64,000 bases of DNA from Pseudomonadota bacterium (lineage in GTDB: Bacteria; Pseudomonadota; Alphaproteobacteria; Rhodobacterales; Rhodobacteraceae): NCBI GenBank assembly GCA_038527345.1, contig JBCBFX010000006.1:640-64639 (forward strand), written 5' to 3'. Position numbers and translations under genes: made by a program. Shown here in pieces: positions 8,039-16,700 of the stretch; position 1 is the stretch's first letter; the number at the start of each line of letters is the position of its first letter. The notes under the pieces were generated by a model, which saw nothing but the letters and a program-made list of their open reading frames with translations, was not told the origin of the DNA and searched no databases.

Positions 8039-9025
8039 ATGTTCAACGCGTTGGTGGTCAACAAGGATGAAGACAGCGGCAAGACCTCTGCCGCGGTGAC
8101 CGGGATGTCGCTGGACGATCTGCCCGAAGCCGAGGTGACGGTGGCGGTCGAGTATTCAACCGTGAATTACAAGGACGGCTTGTGCATCGGTCCCGGTGGC
8201 GGGCTGGTGCGGAAATACCCCCACATCCCCGGCATCGACTTTGCCGGCACGGTCGAGGCATCGGACGACGACCGCTACAAGCCCGGCGACAAGGTCGTGC
8301 TGACAGGCTGGCGTGTGGGCGAGGCGCATTGGGGTGGCTATTCGCAAAAGGCCCGGGTGCGCGCCGATTGGCTGGTGCCGTTGCCCGAGGGTCTGGACAC
8401 CCGGCAGGCGATGGCCGTGGGCACGGCCGGGTTCACCGCGATGCTGGCCGTGATGGCGCTGGAAGATCACGGCATCAAGGATGGTCCGGTGCTTGTGACC
8501 GGGGCCGCGGGCGGCGTGGGGTCGGTTGCCACCGCCATCCTGGCCAACCTCGGACACGAGGTGGCCGGTGTCACCGGGCGGCCCGAGACGGCAGATTACC
8601 TGAAAGGTCTGGGGGCCACACAGATCGTGCCACGCGAAGAGCTGAACGAAACGACCAAGCGCCCGCTCGAGGGTGAGACATGGGGCGGCTGTGTCGATGC
8701 CGTGGGCGGCGAGATGCTGGCCCGCCTGCTGGGGCAGATGAAATACGGTGCTTCTGTCGCGGCTGTGGGTCTGGCGGGGGGTGCGGCCTTGCCGGCAACC
8801 GTCATTCCGTTCCTGCTGCGCGGTGTGAACCTGCTGGGCATCGACAGCGTCATGCAGCCCTATGACAACCGTGTCCGCGCATGGAACCGCATCGCCAAGG
8901 ACCTGCCCATGGACAAGCTGGAAGCCATGGTGCAGCCCGCGACACTGTCGGACCTGCCGCAACTGGGCCGCGATATCCTGAAAGGGCAGGTCAAGGGCCG
9001 GGTGGTCGTGGACGTGAACGCCTGA
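8039..9025 (+). CDS. acuI: acrylyl-CoA reductase, YhdH/AcuI family MDR oxidoreductase
   Basis: 328 aa. Motifs are MFNALVVNKDEDSGKTSAAV, VEYSTVNYKDGLCI and the NAD(P) motif VTGAAGGVGS. The position directly downstream of dmdA fits. Confidence 0.85.
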   Translation: MFNALVVNKDEDSGKTSAAVTGMSLDDLPEAEVTVAVEYSTVNYKDGLCIGPGGGLVRKYPHIPGIDFAGTVEASDDDRYKPGDKVVLTGWRVGEAHWGGYSQKARVRADWLVPLPEGLDTRQAMAVGTAGFTAMLAVMALEDHGIKDGPVLVTGAAGGVGSVATAILANLGHEVAGVTGRPETADYLKGLGATQIVPREELNETTKRPLEGETWGGCVDAVGGEMLARLLGQMKYGASVAAVGLAGGAALPATVIPFLLRGVNLLGIDSVMQPYDNRVRAWNRIAKDLPMDKLEAMVQPATLSDLPQLGRDILKGQVKGRVVVDVNA

Positions 9026-9045
9026 TGCCGTCGTGGTCCGGGTCA

Positions 9046-9336
9046 TCACCGACCCGGATCAGATCGGGCCGTTGCACCATGTTGCAGAAAAAAGCCGTGA
9101 TCGGGGGGAATGCACACCCCCGGCGGCAGCCGTTCGCGCCGCGCGCGGATTTGCGTCAGTCCGGCCTGCACAGCCAGTGCGACATCGGCACGGGGCCGGT
9201 CATCCTGACAGGACTGCGCGTGCAGGCTGCCGCTGTGTTCGGTCCCGCACATGCTGTCGCGTTCGGGCATGGTCTGCTCCTGTCCGGTTGGTGTGTCGCC
9301 GCAGTCCCGGCCGCATTGACGGGCCAGGTCGACCAC
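9046..9336 (-). CDS. hypothetical small Cys-containing protein (weak call)
   Basis: This is the only ORF in the 9029-9400 gap whose third codon positions are mostly G/C (10 of the first 12 codons checked). No family was recognised. It has a GTG start; an internal MPERDS start is possible. Confidence 0.3.
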   Translation of the reverse strand: MVDLARQCGRDCGDTPTGQEQTMPERDSMCGTEHSGSLHAQSCQDDRPRADVALAVQAGLTQIRARRERLPPGVCIPPDHGFFLQHGATARSDPGR

Positions 9337-9400
9337 GCCGCCGCTGTTGCCCCCGGCGCGGGATCGGCTAGCCTTCGGGGATCGAGATTCGGAGACCGCA

Positions 9401-9829
9401 ATGACATCGCAGACCCCCGCCTATGACGACCAGAACATCTTTGCCAGGATCCTGCGGGACGAGATCCCGTCAGTGCGCGTCTTTGAGGATGACGACACGC
9501 TGTGCTTCATGGACATCATGCCGCGTGCCGATGGCCATTGCCTGGTGATCCCCAAGTCGCCGTGCCGCAATGTGCTGGATGCGTCGGATGCGCAACTGGC
9601 CGCCGTCATGGCATCGGTGCGCAAGGTGGCCAATGCCGCCATGTCCGGGCTGGGGGCCGACGGTATCACCGTCCAGCAGTTCAACGAGGGGCCGGGCGGG
9701 CAGGAGGTGTTTCACCTGCATTTCCATATCCTGCCCCGGAAAGCAGGCGTCAGCCTGCGCCCGCCAGGCACCATGGGCGATATGGATCAGATCAAGGCGA
9801 TGGCCGACCGGATCAGGTCGGCGCTCTGA
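9401..9829 (+). CDS. HIT (histidine triad) family protein
   Basis: 142 aa from ATG 9401 (RBS GGAGA). Motifs are IFARILRDEIP, CFMDIMPRADGHCLVIPK and the histidine triad HLHFHILP. Confidence 0.88.
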   Translation: MTSQTPAYDDQNIFARILRDEIPSVRVFEDDDTLCFMDIMPRADGHCLVIPKSPCRNVLDASDAQLAAVMASVRKVANAAMSGLGADGITVQQFNEGPGGQEVFHLHFHILPRKAGVSLRPPGTMGDMDQIKAMADRIRSAL

Positions 9830-9832
9830 ACG

Positions 9833-11719
9833 TCAGAAATCCTCGGCCGGGAACTGGGGCAGGCGACCGCGATAGATGCGGTCGCCCAGGGTCGAAATCC
9901 ACCACGCATAGGTGTCGTTGGCGCGCACGGCGCGGTTGTGGTTCCAGTCCTTGCAGCCGCGGTTCATGCCCAGCCACACGGCGGCGTCGTCATATCGCGC
10001 CTTGGCTCCGCGATAATCGCGGCAACTGCGCCAGTAATCGTGGCGGTCGGTGACCCAATAGGCGGATTTCGGGATCTTCATCCAGTGCAGCATCTCGTGG
10101 GTGAGGATGGTGACCTGATCGATGAAAACCCCGTTGTCGAACCAGCGCTGGCACAGGTTGATCGTGCCATAGACGGATGTGTTGGCATTGGCGTTGAAGG
10201 TTTCGCAGGGGTGTGCGCCGTCGCTGTCACGCACGCGGCACTTGATCCGGAACGTCTTGCCCCGGAACCGGTCGACAAACAGCTTGTCGACCACCCGCCG
10301 CACGTCATGGAACCGGCCGTGATCGTAGCTGCCGAAGTAGCCGCGGGGCGAGATGTTGTTGTAGCCCGGCGCGGTGCCCATGCGGTCCGTAAAGGACCAG
10401 GTCCACATCGCGGCCCGGCGCGGTTGCGCGTTGAGATGGCTCATCACCTGCCGCGCCCGCCAGACGTTGTGGTGCGCGCGCGTCCAGGCCCGGCGGATCA
10501 GGGCGCGGTCATCGTTGGAACATCCCTGCCAGTTCACCGGGTAGCGGACATTGGGCATGTCCGCCGGATAGGGATCGCCCGCAATCACGTTCCCCGGATC
10601 GTTGGCGGAAAACCGGATCCGCGTCGGAATCGTGTTTGGACCTGGGGGCGAGGGCGGTTTCGAGTTCGGGATCTTGGAATTGCTGGTGCAGCAATCGTCG
10701 AACACGTTGGTGGCCAGGGTTTTCTTCATGTTGCAGCGGGCGCTGCTGCTGTTCGAGGCCGGAACAAGGTTGGCGGCCTTGCATTCGGGGTCGCGCCCGC
10801 AGGCGGCGCGGCACAGCGACAGCGCGTCGGCATCGTTGCGGGCGTCCAGCCGAAGCCGCCGGTAGTTGGGGGCCGTGTTCCGTACGCCGGGCCGGCTGTT
10901 GTACATGTTGTGATCGGGTGGCGCGCGTTCATAGGTGCTGAACCCGTCATCGGACACGACGCTGGTCGGGTTGTTGCCCGACAACGTGCACAGGCCGACG
11001 GGACGGGTGGCCGACGTCTTGCGATAGACGGCATATCGACAGGTGGCGTCGGCCGAACACAGATGCACACAGGCGCGGACATCGGCGACATTCACCGGCA
11101 CCTCGATTGCGAATTGCAGGCGCGTGTCGCGCCGCCAGCGGAACGCCTCGAAACTGTCCCGCTGACGGCCCGACACACAGCACGCGCTGACGCGGCGTTC
11201 GGTTTCCTTTGCCATCAGGCGGCATGTGGGCGGGCTGTCGGGCCCAAGGCGTCCGGGTTTGACGTAGGTGTAGGCGAGGCACCCATCCTCAAACGCGCAG
11301 GCATCGCGGCACATTCCCGGCCTTGGGTGCGGCAGCGTGATTTCCTTGAGCACTTCGCCGCGCAATTCGGTGTCGGGTTCGCGCGTGCCATCGAAAACCG
11401 GCGGCGTACGACGCCGGATACCCGCATGAAAATAGGGTGTTGCAGCGGTTTCGGAAATCACATGATACAGCGAACATTGCGGCGGGCGGTCGTTGGTACC
11501 CTTGCGCCAGTTGAAGCCGCGGCAGATCGGATTGTCTTGGCAGGTTTCCGCGCACCGCGCCCGCTGACCGCGCCGCATTTCGATCTTTTCGAAGCTGCCA
11601 CCACGGACAAACGTATTGTCGAGGTTCCTGAGAATGTCCGACGTGTTGGTGCGGGTTTGCGCCTGGGCTGCCGGACCCACGATAAGGAAAAGGGCAAAAA
11701 AACAGGAAAGTAGGCGCAT
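9833..11719 (-). CDS. secreted protein with four PAN/apple-like Cys modules and a C-terminal HExxH (aspzincin/M35-like) metalloprotease domain
   Basis: ATG at 11719 (RBS GAGGGGA) gives the signal peptide MRLLSCFFALFLIVGPAAQAQ. There are four C-x3-C-x5/6-C-x(10-18)-C modules (CAETCQDNPICRGFNW..CSLY; CRDACAFEDGCLAYTY..CRLM; CVHLCSADATCRYAVY..CTL; CRAACGRDPECKAANL..CNM). HEMLH is encoded at 10085-10099, followed by VTDRHDYW and ANDTYAWW. Confidence 0.8.
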   Translation of the reverse strand: MRLLSCFFALFLIVGPAAQAQTRTNTSDILRNLDNTFVRGGSFEKIEMRRGQRARCAETCQDNPICRGFNWRKGTNDRPPQCSLYHVISETAATPYFHAGIRRRTPPVFDGTREPDTELRGEVLKEITLPHPRPGMCRDACAFEDGCLAYTYVKPGRLGPDSPPTCRLMAKETERRVSACCVSGRQRDSFEAFRWRRDTRLQFAIEVPVNVADVRACVHLCSADATCRYAVYRKTSATRPVGLCTLSGNNPTSVVSDDGFSTYERAPPDHNMYNSRPGVRNTAPNYRRLRLDARNDADALSLCRAACGRDPECKAANLVPASNSSSARCNMKKTLATNVFDDCCTSNSKIPNSKPPSPPGPNTIPTRIRFSANDPGNVIAGDPYPADMPNVRYPVNWQGCSNDDRALIRRAWTRAHHNVWRARQVMSHLNAQPRRAAMWTWSFTDRMGTAPGYNNISPRGYFGSYDHGRFHDVRRVVDKLFVDRFRGKTFRIKCRVRDSDGAHPCETFNANANTSVYGTINLCQRWFDNGVFIDQVTILTHEMLHWMKIPKSAYWVTDRHDYWRSCRDYRGAKARYDDAAVWLGMNRGCKDWNHNRAVRANDTYAWWISTLGDRIYRGRLPQFPAEDF

Positions 11720-11968
11720 CGGGCATCCCCTCAAATAGAGTTTCGGCAATTAAATGCAGTGTGCCGAAACGGCTGAATACCGGGCAATTATGCCACCTTT
11801 GAGGGAATCGACCAAGTGACCGGATCAATCTGGATCATTCGATGCGGTGCCCCTGAACGTCGCCAGAACAAGGGCTTGCGCGCCTTGGGAAACGATTTTT
11901 TTCCCTTTTTTGTCAGGTGTGTTAGGCTGCCATTACACAAAAAAAACCAACATCAGGGAACTCCAAAC

Positions 11969-13819
11969 ATGGCACTCAAACCTCCATTGATGGAGCTGCA
12001 TATTCCGACGTCGGACAGTGGCTTCTACAAGGGCTTTACCAAGAACGTGGCGGTCACCGCAAAGCTGCTGGTGGGCGCGCTCATCATTTGGGCTGTTGCT
12101 TTTCCCGATCAGGCCGGTGCGGTCCTGTCGAGCATCAATGGCTTTATCCTGGCCACCTTCAACTACTGGTACGTCTACGTGATGGCCTTTTACGTGGCGG
12201 TCTGCCTGTTGCTGGCGATACTGCCCGCATCCGGCAAGCTGAAGCTGGGCCACCATGACGACGAGCCGGAATTTTCCAACTTTTCCTGGTTTTCGATGAT
12301 GTTCGGTGCCGGGATCGGTATCGGGATGCTGACCTTTGCCACGGCGGAACCGATGTATCACTGGGGGACGAACCCGCAGACGATCTCGGGTGAATTGGTG
12401 GGCAGCAGCGCTGAAAACGTGCGTGCGGCCTATGTGTGGTCCTTCACGCACTGGGGGCTGGCGGCCTGGGCGTCCTATGCCATCGTGGGGCTGAGCCTGG
12501 CCTATTTCGCCTATCGTCGTGACCTGCCGCTGACCATCCGGACGGCGCTCACGCCGATCTTTGGCAAATCGCTGTCGGGTACGCTGGGTCACGTGGTCGA
12601 TGTCGTGGCCGTGGTCGCCACCGTGCTGGGTGTCAGCCAGACGCTGGGCTTTGGCGTCGAACAGTTCGTGGCGGGCCTGTCGCGCATCGGGTTCGGCGAC
12701 TGGCTTTACAACGTGGCCGAGGACGGCGGGAAATCCGTGTCGCTTGCGGCCATCGTGGTGGCGTTGCTGGTGATCATGGGGGCCTCGACCCTGTCGGCGC
12801 TGTCCGGCGTGGGCAAGGGCATCAAGTGGTTGTCCAACATCAACATGGGCCTCAGCTTTTTCCTGCTGGCGTTCTTCCTCGCTTTCGGATCGACCTTCTT
12901 TGGTCTGCAGGCGCTGTTCCTGGGCATCTGGGATTATATCCTTTCGATCCCCGGCAACATCATGACGGTTTGGACAGCGACGCCGATGGACACGTTCACG
13001 GCATCAGTGCCTGCCGCTGTGCAGGCGCTGCCGGCAGAGGATCTGAATGCGATCTTCTCGTCGGCCAGCAGCCCGTGGGGCACGCTTGCCTCCTTTACCG
13101 AAGGATTGCCGGAATCCGCAGCCGGGCTGCCCGCGGCGGATATCGCCGCAACCTATGCAGCGGCGACCGATGGCCGTCAGTCGGGCTGGCAAGGTGCCTG
13201 GACCATCTTCTATTGGGCCTGGTGGATTGCGTTCGCTCCCTTCGTCGGGGTGTTCCTGGCACGCATTTCCAAGGGGCGCACGGTGCGTGAATACGTGCTG
13301 GGGGCCATCGTGATCCCGGCGGTCATGTGCTTTATCTGGTTCGCCATCGTGGGCGGCACCGCCATCGACCTGGAACTGAACGGTGACGCCAATGGCGCCA
13401 TCACCGGGGCAGGGCAATCGGACCAGTTGTTCGCGATGCTGGCCGTGATCCTGCAACCGACGCTGGCGTGGATCATGTCGATCATCGTGGTGGTGCTGCT
13501 TCTGACCTATCTCGTGACGTCTGCTGACTCGGCCGTGCTGATCATCAACACGATCAACGCCGCAGGCGACGAAGGGCCCAAGGCGCGCCCCCACATCCTG
13601 TTCTGGGGTGCGGCACTGGCGCTGGTCGTGGGCGGTCTGATCGTCGCGGGTGGTCTGAGTGCGATCCAGACCGCCATGGTGATCGGGGCCTTGCCCTTCA
13701 GCCTGGTGATGGCGCTGATGGGTGTTTCAGTGCTCAAGGCCGTGTGGAAAGACGGCCGCCGCCTGAAGAACGGTGTGGCCGCCACATCGGCCGAGGTGCA
13801 GGGCGCACCCGCCGAATAA
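11969..13819 (+). CDS. BCCT family (betaine/carnitine/choline-type) transporter
   Basis: 616 aa from ATG 11969. BCCT signatures FSNFSWFSMMFGAGIGIGMLTFATAEPMYHW and WTIFYWAWWIAFAPFVGVFLARISKGRTVREY are present. About 12 TM segments. Confidence 0.9.
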   Translation: MALKPPLMELHIPTSDSGFYKGFTKNVAVTAKLLVGALIIWAVAFPDQAGAVLSSINGFILATFNYWYVYVMAFYVAVCLLLAILPASGKLKLGHHDDEPEFSNFSWFSMMFGAGIGIGMLTFATAEPMYHWGTNPQTISGELVGSSAENVRAAYVWSFTHWGLAAWASYAIVGLSLAYFAYRRDLPLTIRTALTPIFGKSLSGTLGHVVDVVAVVATVLGVSQTLGFGVEQFVAGLSRIGFGDWLYNVAEDGGKSVSLAAIVVALLVIMGASTLSALSGVGKGIKWLSNINMGLSFFLLAFFLAFGSTFFGLQALFLGIWDYILSIPGNIMTVWTATPMDTFTASVPAAVQALPAEDLNAIFSSASSPWGTLASFTEGLPESAAGLPAADIAATYAAATDGRQSGWQGAWTIFYWAWWIAFAPFVGVFLARISKGRTVREYVLGAIVIPAVMCFIWFAIVGGTAIDLELNGDANGAITGAGQSDQLFAMLAVILQPTLAWIMSIIVVVLLLTYLVTSADSAVLIINTINAAGDEGPKARPHILFWGAALALVVGGLIVAGGLSAIQTAMVIGALPFSLVMALMGVSVLKAVWKDGRRLKNGVAATSAEVQGAPAE

Positions 13820-13844
13820 CACGTCTGCACAGGCAGACCACCAG

Positions 13845-13876
13845 GGCCCCGGTGCTTGCGCGCCGGGGCCTTTTTC
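13845..13876 (+). terminator. rho-independent terminator after the BCCT gene
   Basis: The stem GGCCCCGGTGC / GCGCCGGGGCC has a tetraloop and is followed by TTTTT (13871-13875). Confidence 0.75.
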
Positions 13877-13908
13877 GTATCGTGCGGTCACACCTGTCGG
13901 AGAATGCC

Positions 13909-15132
13909 ATGTCCCTCGATCTTGATTTCGTCCGCGCCCAGTTCCCCGCCTTTGCCGAGCCGTCCCTGCAGGGCCAGGCGTTTTTCGAGAATGCGGGCGG
14001 CAGTTATGCCTGCGGGCAGGTGATCAACCGGCTGCACCGCTTCTATACCCAGCGCAAGGTGCAGCCCTATGCCGATTACAAGGCCAGCCGTCTGGGCGGC
14101 GAGGAGATGGACGAGGCGCGCACCCGCATGGCGGCGATCCTGGGGGTGGACGGGGACGAACTGAGCTTTGGTCCGTCGACCACACAGAACACCTATGTGC
14201 TGGCGCAGGCCTTTGCCCATATAATGCAACCGGGCGAGGCAATCGTCGTGACCAATCAGGATCACGAGGCCAACACCGGTCCCTGGCGGCGGCTGGCCGA
14301 GCGCGGGATCGAGATCCGCGAATGGTGCGTCGACCCGGCCACCGGCCATCTGGACACGGACACGCTGGAGCCGCTGCTGGACGAGAGCGTGCGCCTGGTC
14401 TGCTTTCCCCACTGTTCCAATGTCGTGGGCGAGATCAATCCGGTGGTCGAGATCACCGCACTGGCCCATGCGGCGGGGGCGTTCGTATGTGTGGACGGCG
14501 TGTCCTACGCCCCGCACGGCTTTCCGGATGTGGGCACGCTGGGGCCGGACATCTACCTGTTTTCCGCCTACAAGACCTATGGCCCGCATCAGGGGCTGAT
14601 GGTGATCCGCCGCGCTTTGGGGGAACTGTTGCCCAATCAGGGGCACGTGTTCAACGGTGACACGCTTCACAAGCGGTTCACGCCTGCGGGGCCGGACCAT
14701 GCGCAGGTGGCGGCCTGTGCGGGCATGGCGGATTACGTGGATGCGCTGTTTGACCATCACATCGGCGGCACGGCGACCCCGACCCGGCGGGGCCGCGCGG
14801 TCCACGACCTGATGCGCGCCCGCGAACAGGCAGCCCTGACCCCGGTGCTACAGGCGGTTGCGGCGCGCAATGACCTGCGTGTGCTGGGTCCGGTGGATCC
14901 GGAACGCCGCGCGCCCACCGTGGCGCTGGATCTGGGCCGTGATCCGGTGCCGGTGGCGGCAGAGCTTGCACAACACGGCGTCATGTGTGGCGGCGGCGAC
15001 TTCTATGCCGGTCGCGTGATCGACGCGATGGGCGTCGATCCCGCGCGCGGTGTGCTGCGGCTGAGCTTTACCCATTACACGACGGATGCAGAGGTGGATC
15101 AGCTGCTGACCGCCCTCGATGCGGTGCTGTGA
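13909..15132 (+). CDS. class-V aminotransferase-fold PLP enzyme (cysteine desulfurase/SufS-like family)
   Basis: 407 aa from ATG 13909. Family-typical segments are FENAGGSYA, ITNQDHEANTGPW, HCSNVVGEINP and SAYKTYGPHQG (PLP-Lys region). Confidence 0.8.
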   Translation: MSLDLDFVRAQFPAFAEPSLQGQAFFENAGGSYACGQVINRLHRFYTQRKVQPYADYKASRLGGEEMDEARTRMAAILGVDGDELSFGPSTTQNTYVLAQAFAHIMQPGEAIVVTNQDHEANTGPWRRLAERGIEIREWCVDPATGHLDTDTLEPLLDESVRLVCFPHCSNVVGEINPVVEITALAHAAGAFVCVDGVSYAPHGFPDVGTLGPDIYLFSAYKTYGPHQGLMVIRRALGELLPNQGHVFNGDTLHKRFTPAGPDHAQVAACAGMADYVDALFDHHIGGTATPTRRGRAVHDLMRAREQAALTPVLQAVAARNDLRVLGPVDPERRAPTVALDLGRDPVPVAAELAQHGVMCGGGDFYAGRVIDAMGVDPARGVLRLSFTHYTTDAEVDQLLTALDAVL

Positions 15133-15154
15133 CCCAAAGTAACCCGTGGTTGCT

Positions 15155-15182
15155 TGATCCGGGCGCGCCCGCCCTACGTAAG
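15155..15182 (+). promoter_or_regulatory. candidate ECF sigma-E (RpoE/ChrR-type) promoter upstream of the photolyase gene
   Basis: TGATCC (15155-15160), a 16-nt spacer, then CGTAAG (15177-15182), about 27 nt before the phr start. It resembles my recollection of the Rhodobacter sphaeroides sigma-E promoter class, whose regulon includes phrA and cfaS. The consensus was not re-verified. Confidence 0.4.
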
Positions 15183-15208
15183 GCTTTCAAACAGAAACGG
15201 ATTCGAGT

Positions 15209-16627
15209 GTGAGCATTTCTCCGATTATCATGTGGTTTCGCCGCGACCTGCGGCTAAGCGACCATCCGGCATTGACCGCAGCCTGCGACAGCGGACGGCC
15301 CGTCATTCCCGTGGTCATCCGCGACGCATCGGTGGACGGTTTGGGGGCTGCGCCGAAGTGGCGCTGGGGTCTTGGGGTCGCGGATCTGGGGCAGTCGCTG
15401 GCCGACAAGGGCAGCCGCCTGATCCTGCGTTCGGGCAATGCGCGCGACGTGCTCGAAGCGCTGATCAAGGAAACCGGGGCAGGAGCCGTATACTGGACGC
15501 GCCAATACGACCCGCAGGCGATCGAACGGGACACGGATGTGAAATCCGCCCTCAAGGCGCAGGACATCGATGCGCGCAGCTTTGGCGGCCACCTGATGTT
15601 CGAACCGTGGACAACCGAAACCAAGACCGGCGGGTTCTACAAGGTCTATACCCCGTTCTGGAAATCGGTAAAGGACCGGGATGTCGATGCGCCGCTGCCC
15701 ACACCAGGCAAAATTCCGGCACCGGACAGCTGGCCAGATAGCGACGATCTGGATAGCTGGACCTTGGGGGCTGCGATGGATCGCGGCGCCGCAGTCGTGC
15801 GCCCGTATGTGCAGCTTGGCGAACGTGCTGCTCAGGCGCGGCTGGGGGCGTTCATCGCCTCAAAGGTCGCCGGCTACGATGAGGGTCGCGACCTGCCTGC
15901 GCAGGACCGCACCTCGAACCTGTCGGAAAACCTGGCCCTGGGCGAAATCAGCCCGCACCAATGCTGGCATGCAGGTCTCCGCGCCCGGGACGAGGGCAAG
16001 GCGGGGGCCGAGACGTTCCTCAAGGAGCTGGTCTGGCGCGAATTCGCATATCACCTGATGCACCACACACCCCGCATCCTGACCGGCAACTGGCGGGAAG
16101 ACTGGGACGCTTTCCCCTGGAACGACGACGCCCGCGCGGCGCATGTCTGGGCCTGGAAAAAAGGGCGCACCGGCATCCAGTTCGTCGATGCGGCCATGCG
16201 CGAGATGTACGTCACCGGCCGGATGCACAACCGGGGCCGCATGATCGTGGCCAGCTACCTGACCAAGCACCTGCTGACACATTGGAAGATCGGGCTGGAG
16301 TGGTTCGAGGATTGTCTGATCGACTGGGATCCAGCGTCGAATGCGATGGGGTGGCAGTGGTCGGCGGGGTCCGGACCGGATGCCACGCCATACTTCCGCG
16401 TCTTCAACCCTGTCACGCAGCTCGACAAGTTCGACAAGAACCGCGACTACGTCAGCCGCTGGATCGCCGAAGGGCGCAGCAACCCGCATGCCGATGCGCT
16501 GGCGTTCTTTGACGCCATTCCGCGCCATTGGGGCATGTCGCCGCGTGACAGCTATCCGTCGCCCGTCGTCGCCGCAGACGAAGGGCGCAAGCGTGCGCTA
16601 AGCGCTTATGAAAACCGGGATTTCTGA
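15209..16627 (+). CDS. phrB: deoxyribodipyrimidine photolyase (CPD photolyase/cryptochrome family)
   Basis: 472 aa. Motifs are IMWFRRDLRLSDHPAL, FKVYTPFWK, SNLSENLALGEISPHQCW, WREFAYHL, TGIQFVDAAMREMYVTGRMHNRGRMIVASYL and MGWQWSAGSGPDATPYFRVFNP. Confidence 0.92.
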   Translation: MSISPIIMWFRRDLRLSDHPALTAACDSGRPVIPVVIRDASVDGLGAAPKWRWGLGVADLGQSLADKGSRLILRSGNARDVLEALIKETGAGAVYWTRQYDPQAIERDTDVKSALKAQDIDARSFGGHLMFEPWTTETKTGGFYKVYTPFWKSVKDRDVDAPLPTPGKIPAPDSWPDSDDLDSWTLGAAMDRGAAVVRPYVQLGERAAQARLGAFIASKVAGYDEGRDLPAQDRTSNLSENLALGEISPHQCWHAGLRARDEGKAGAETFLKELVWREFAYHLMHHTPRILTGNWREDWDAFPWNDDARAAHVWAWKKGRTGIQFVDAAMREMYVTGRMHNRGRMIVASYLTKHLLTHWKIGLEWFEDCLIDWDPASNAMGWQWSAGSGPDATPYFRVFNPVTQLDKFDKNRDYVSRWIAEGRSNPHADALAFFDAIPRHWGMSPRDSYPSPVVAADEGRKRALSAYENRDF

Positions 16628-16700
16628 GACATGAACGCTGTGCCGCTTGCGTGACACCTGCTGTCAAGCTAGCGTGACAAAAATGCGAATGGGAGAGCGC

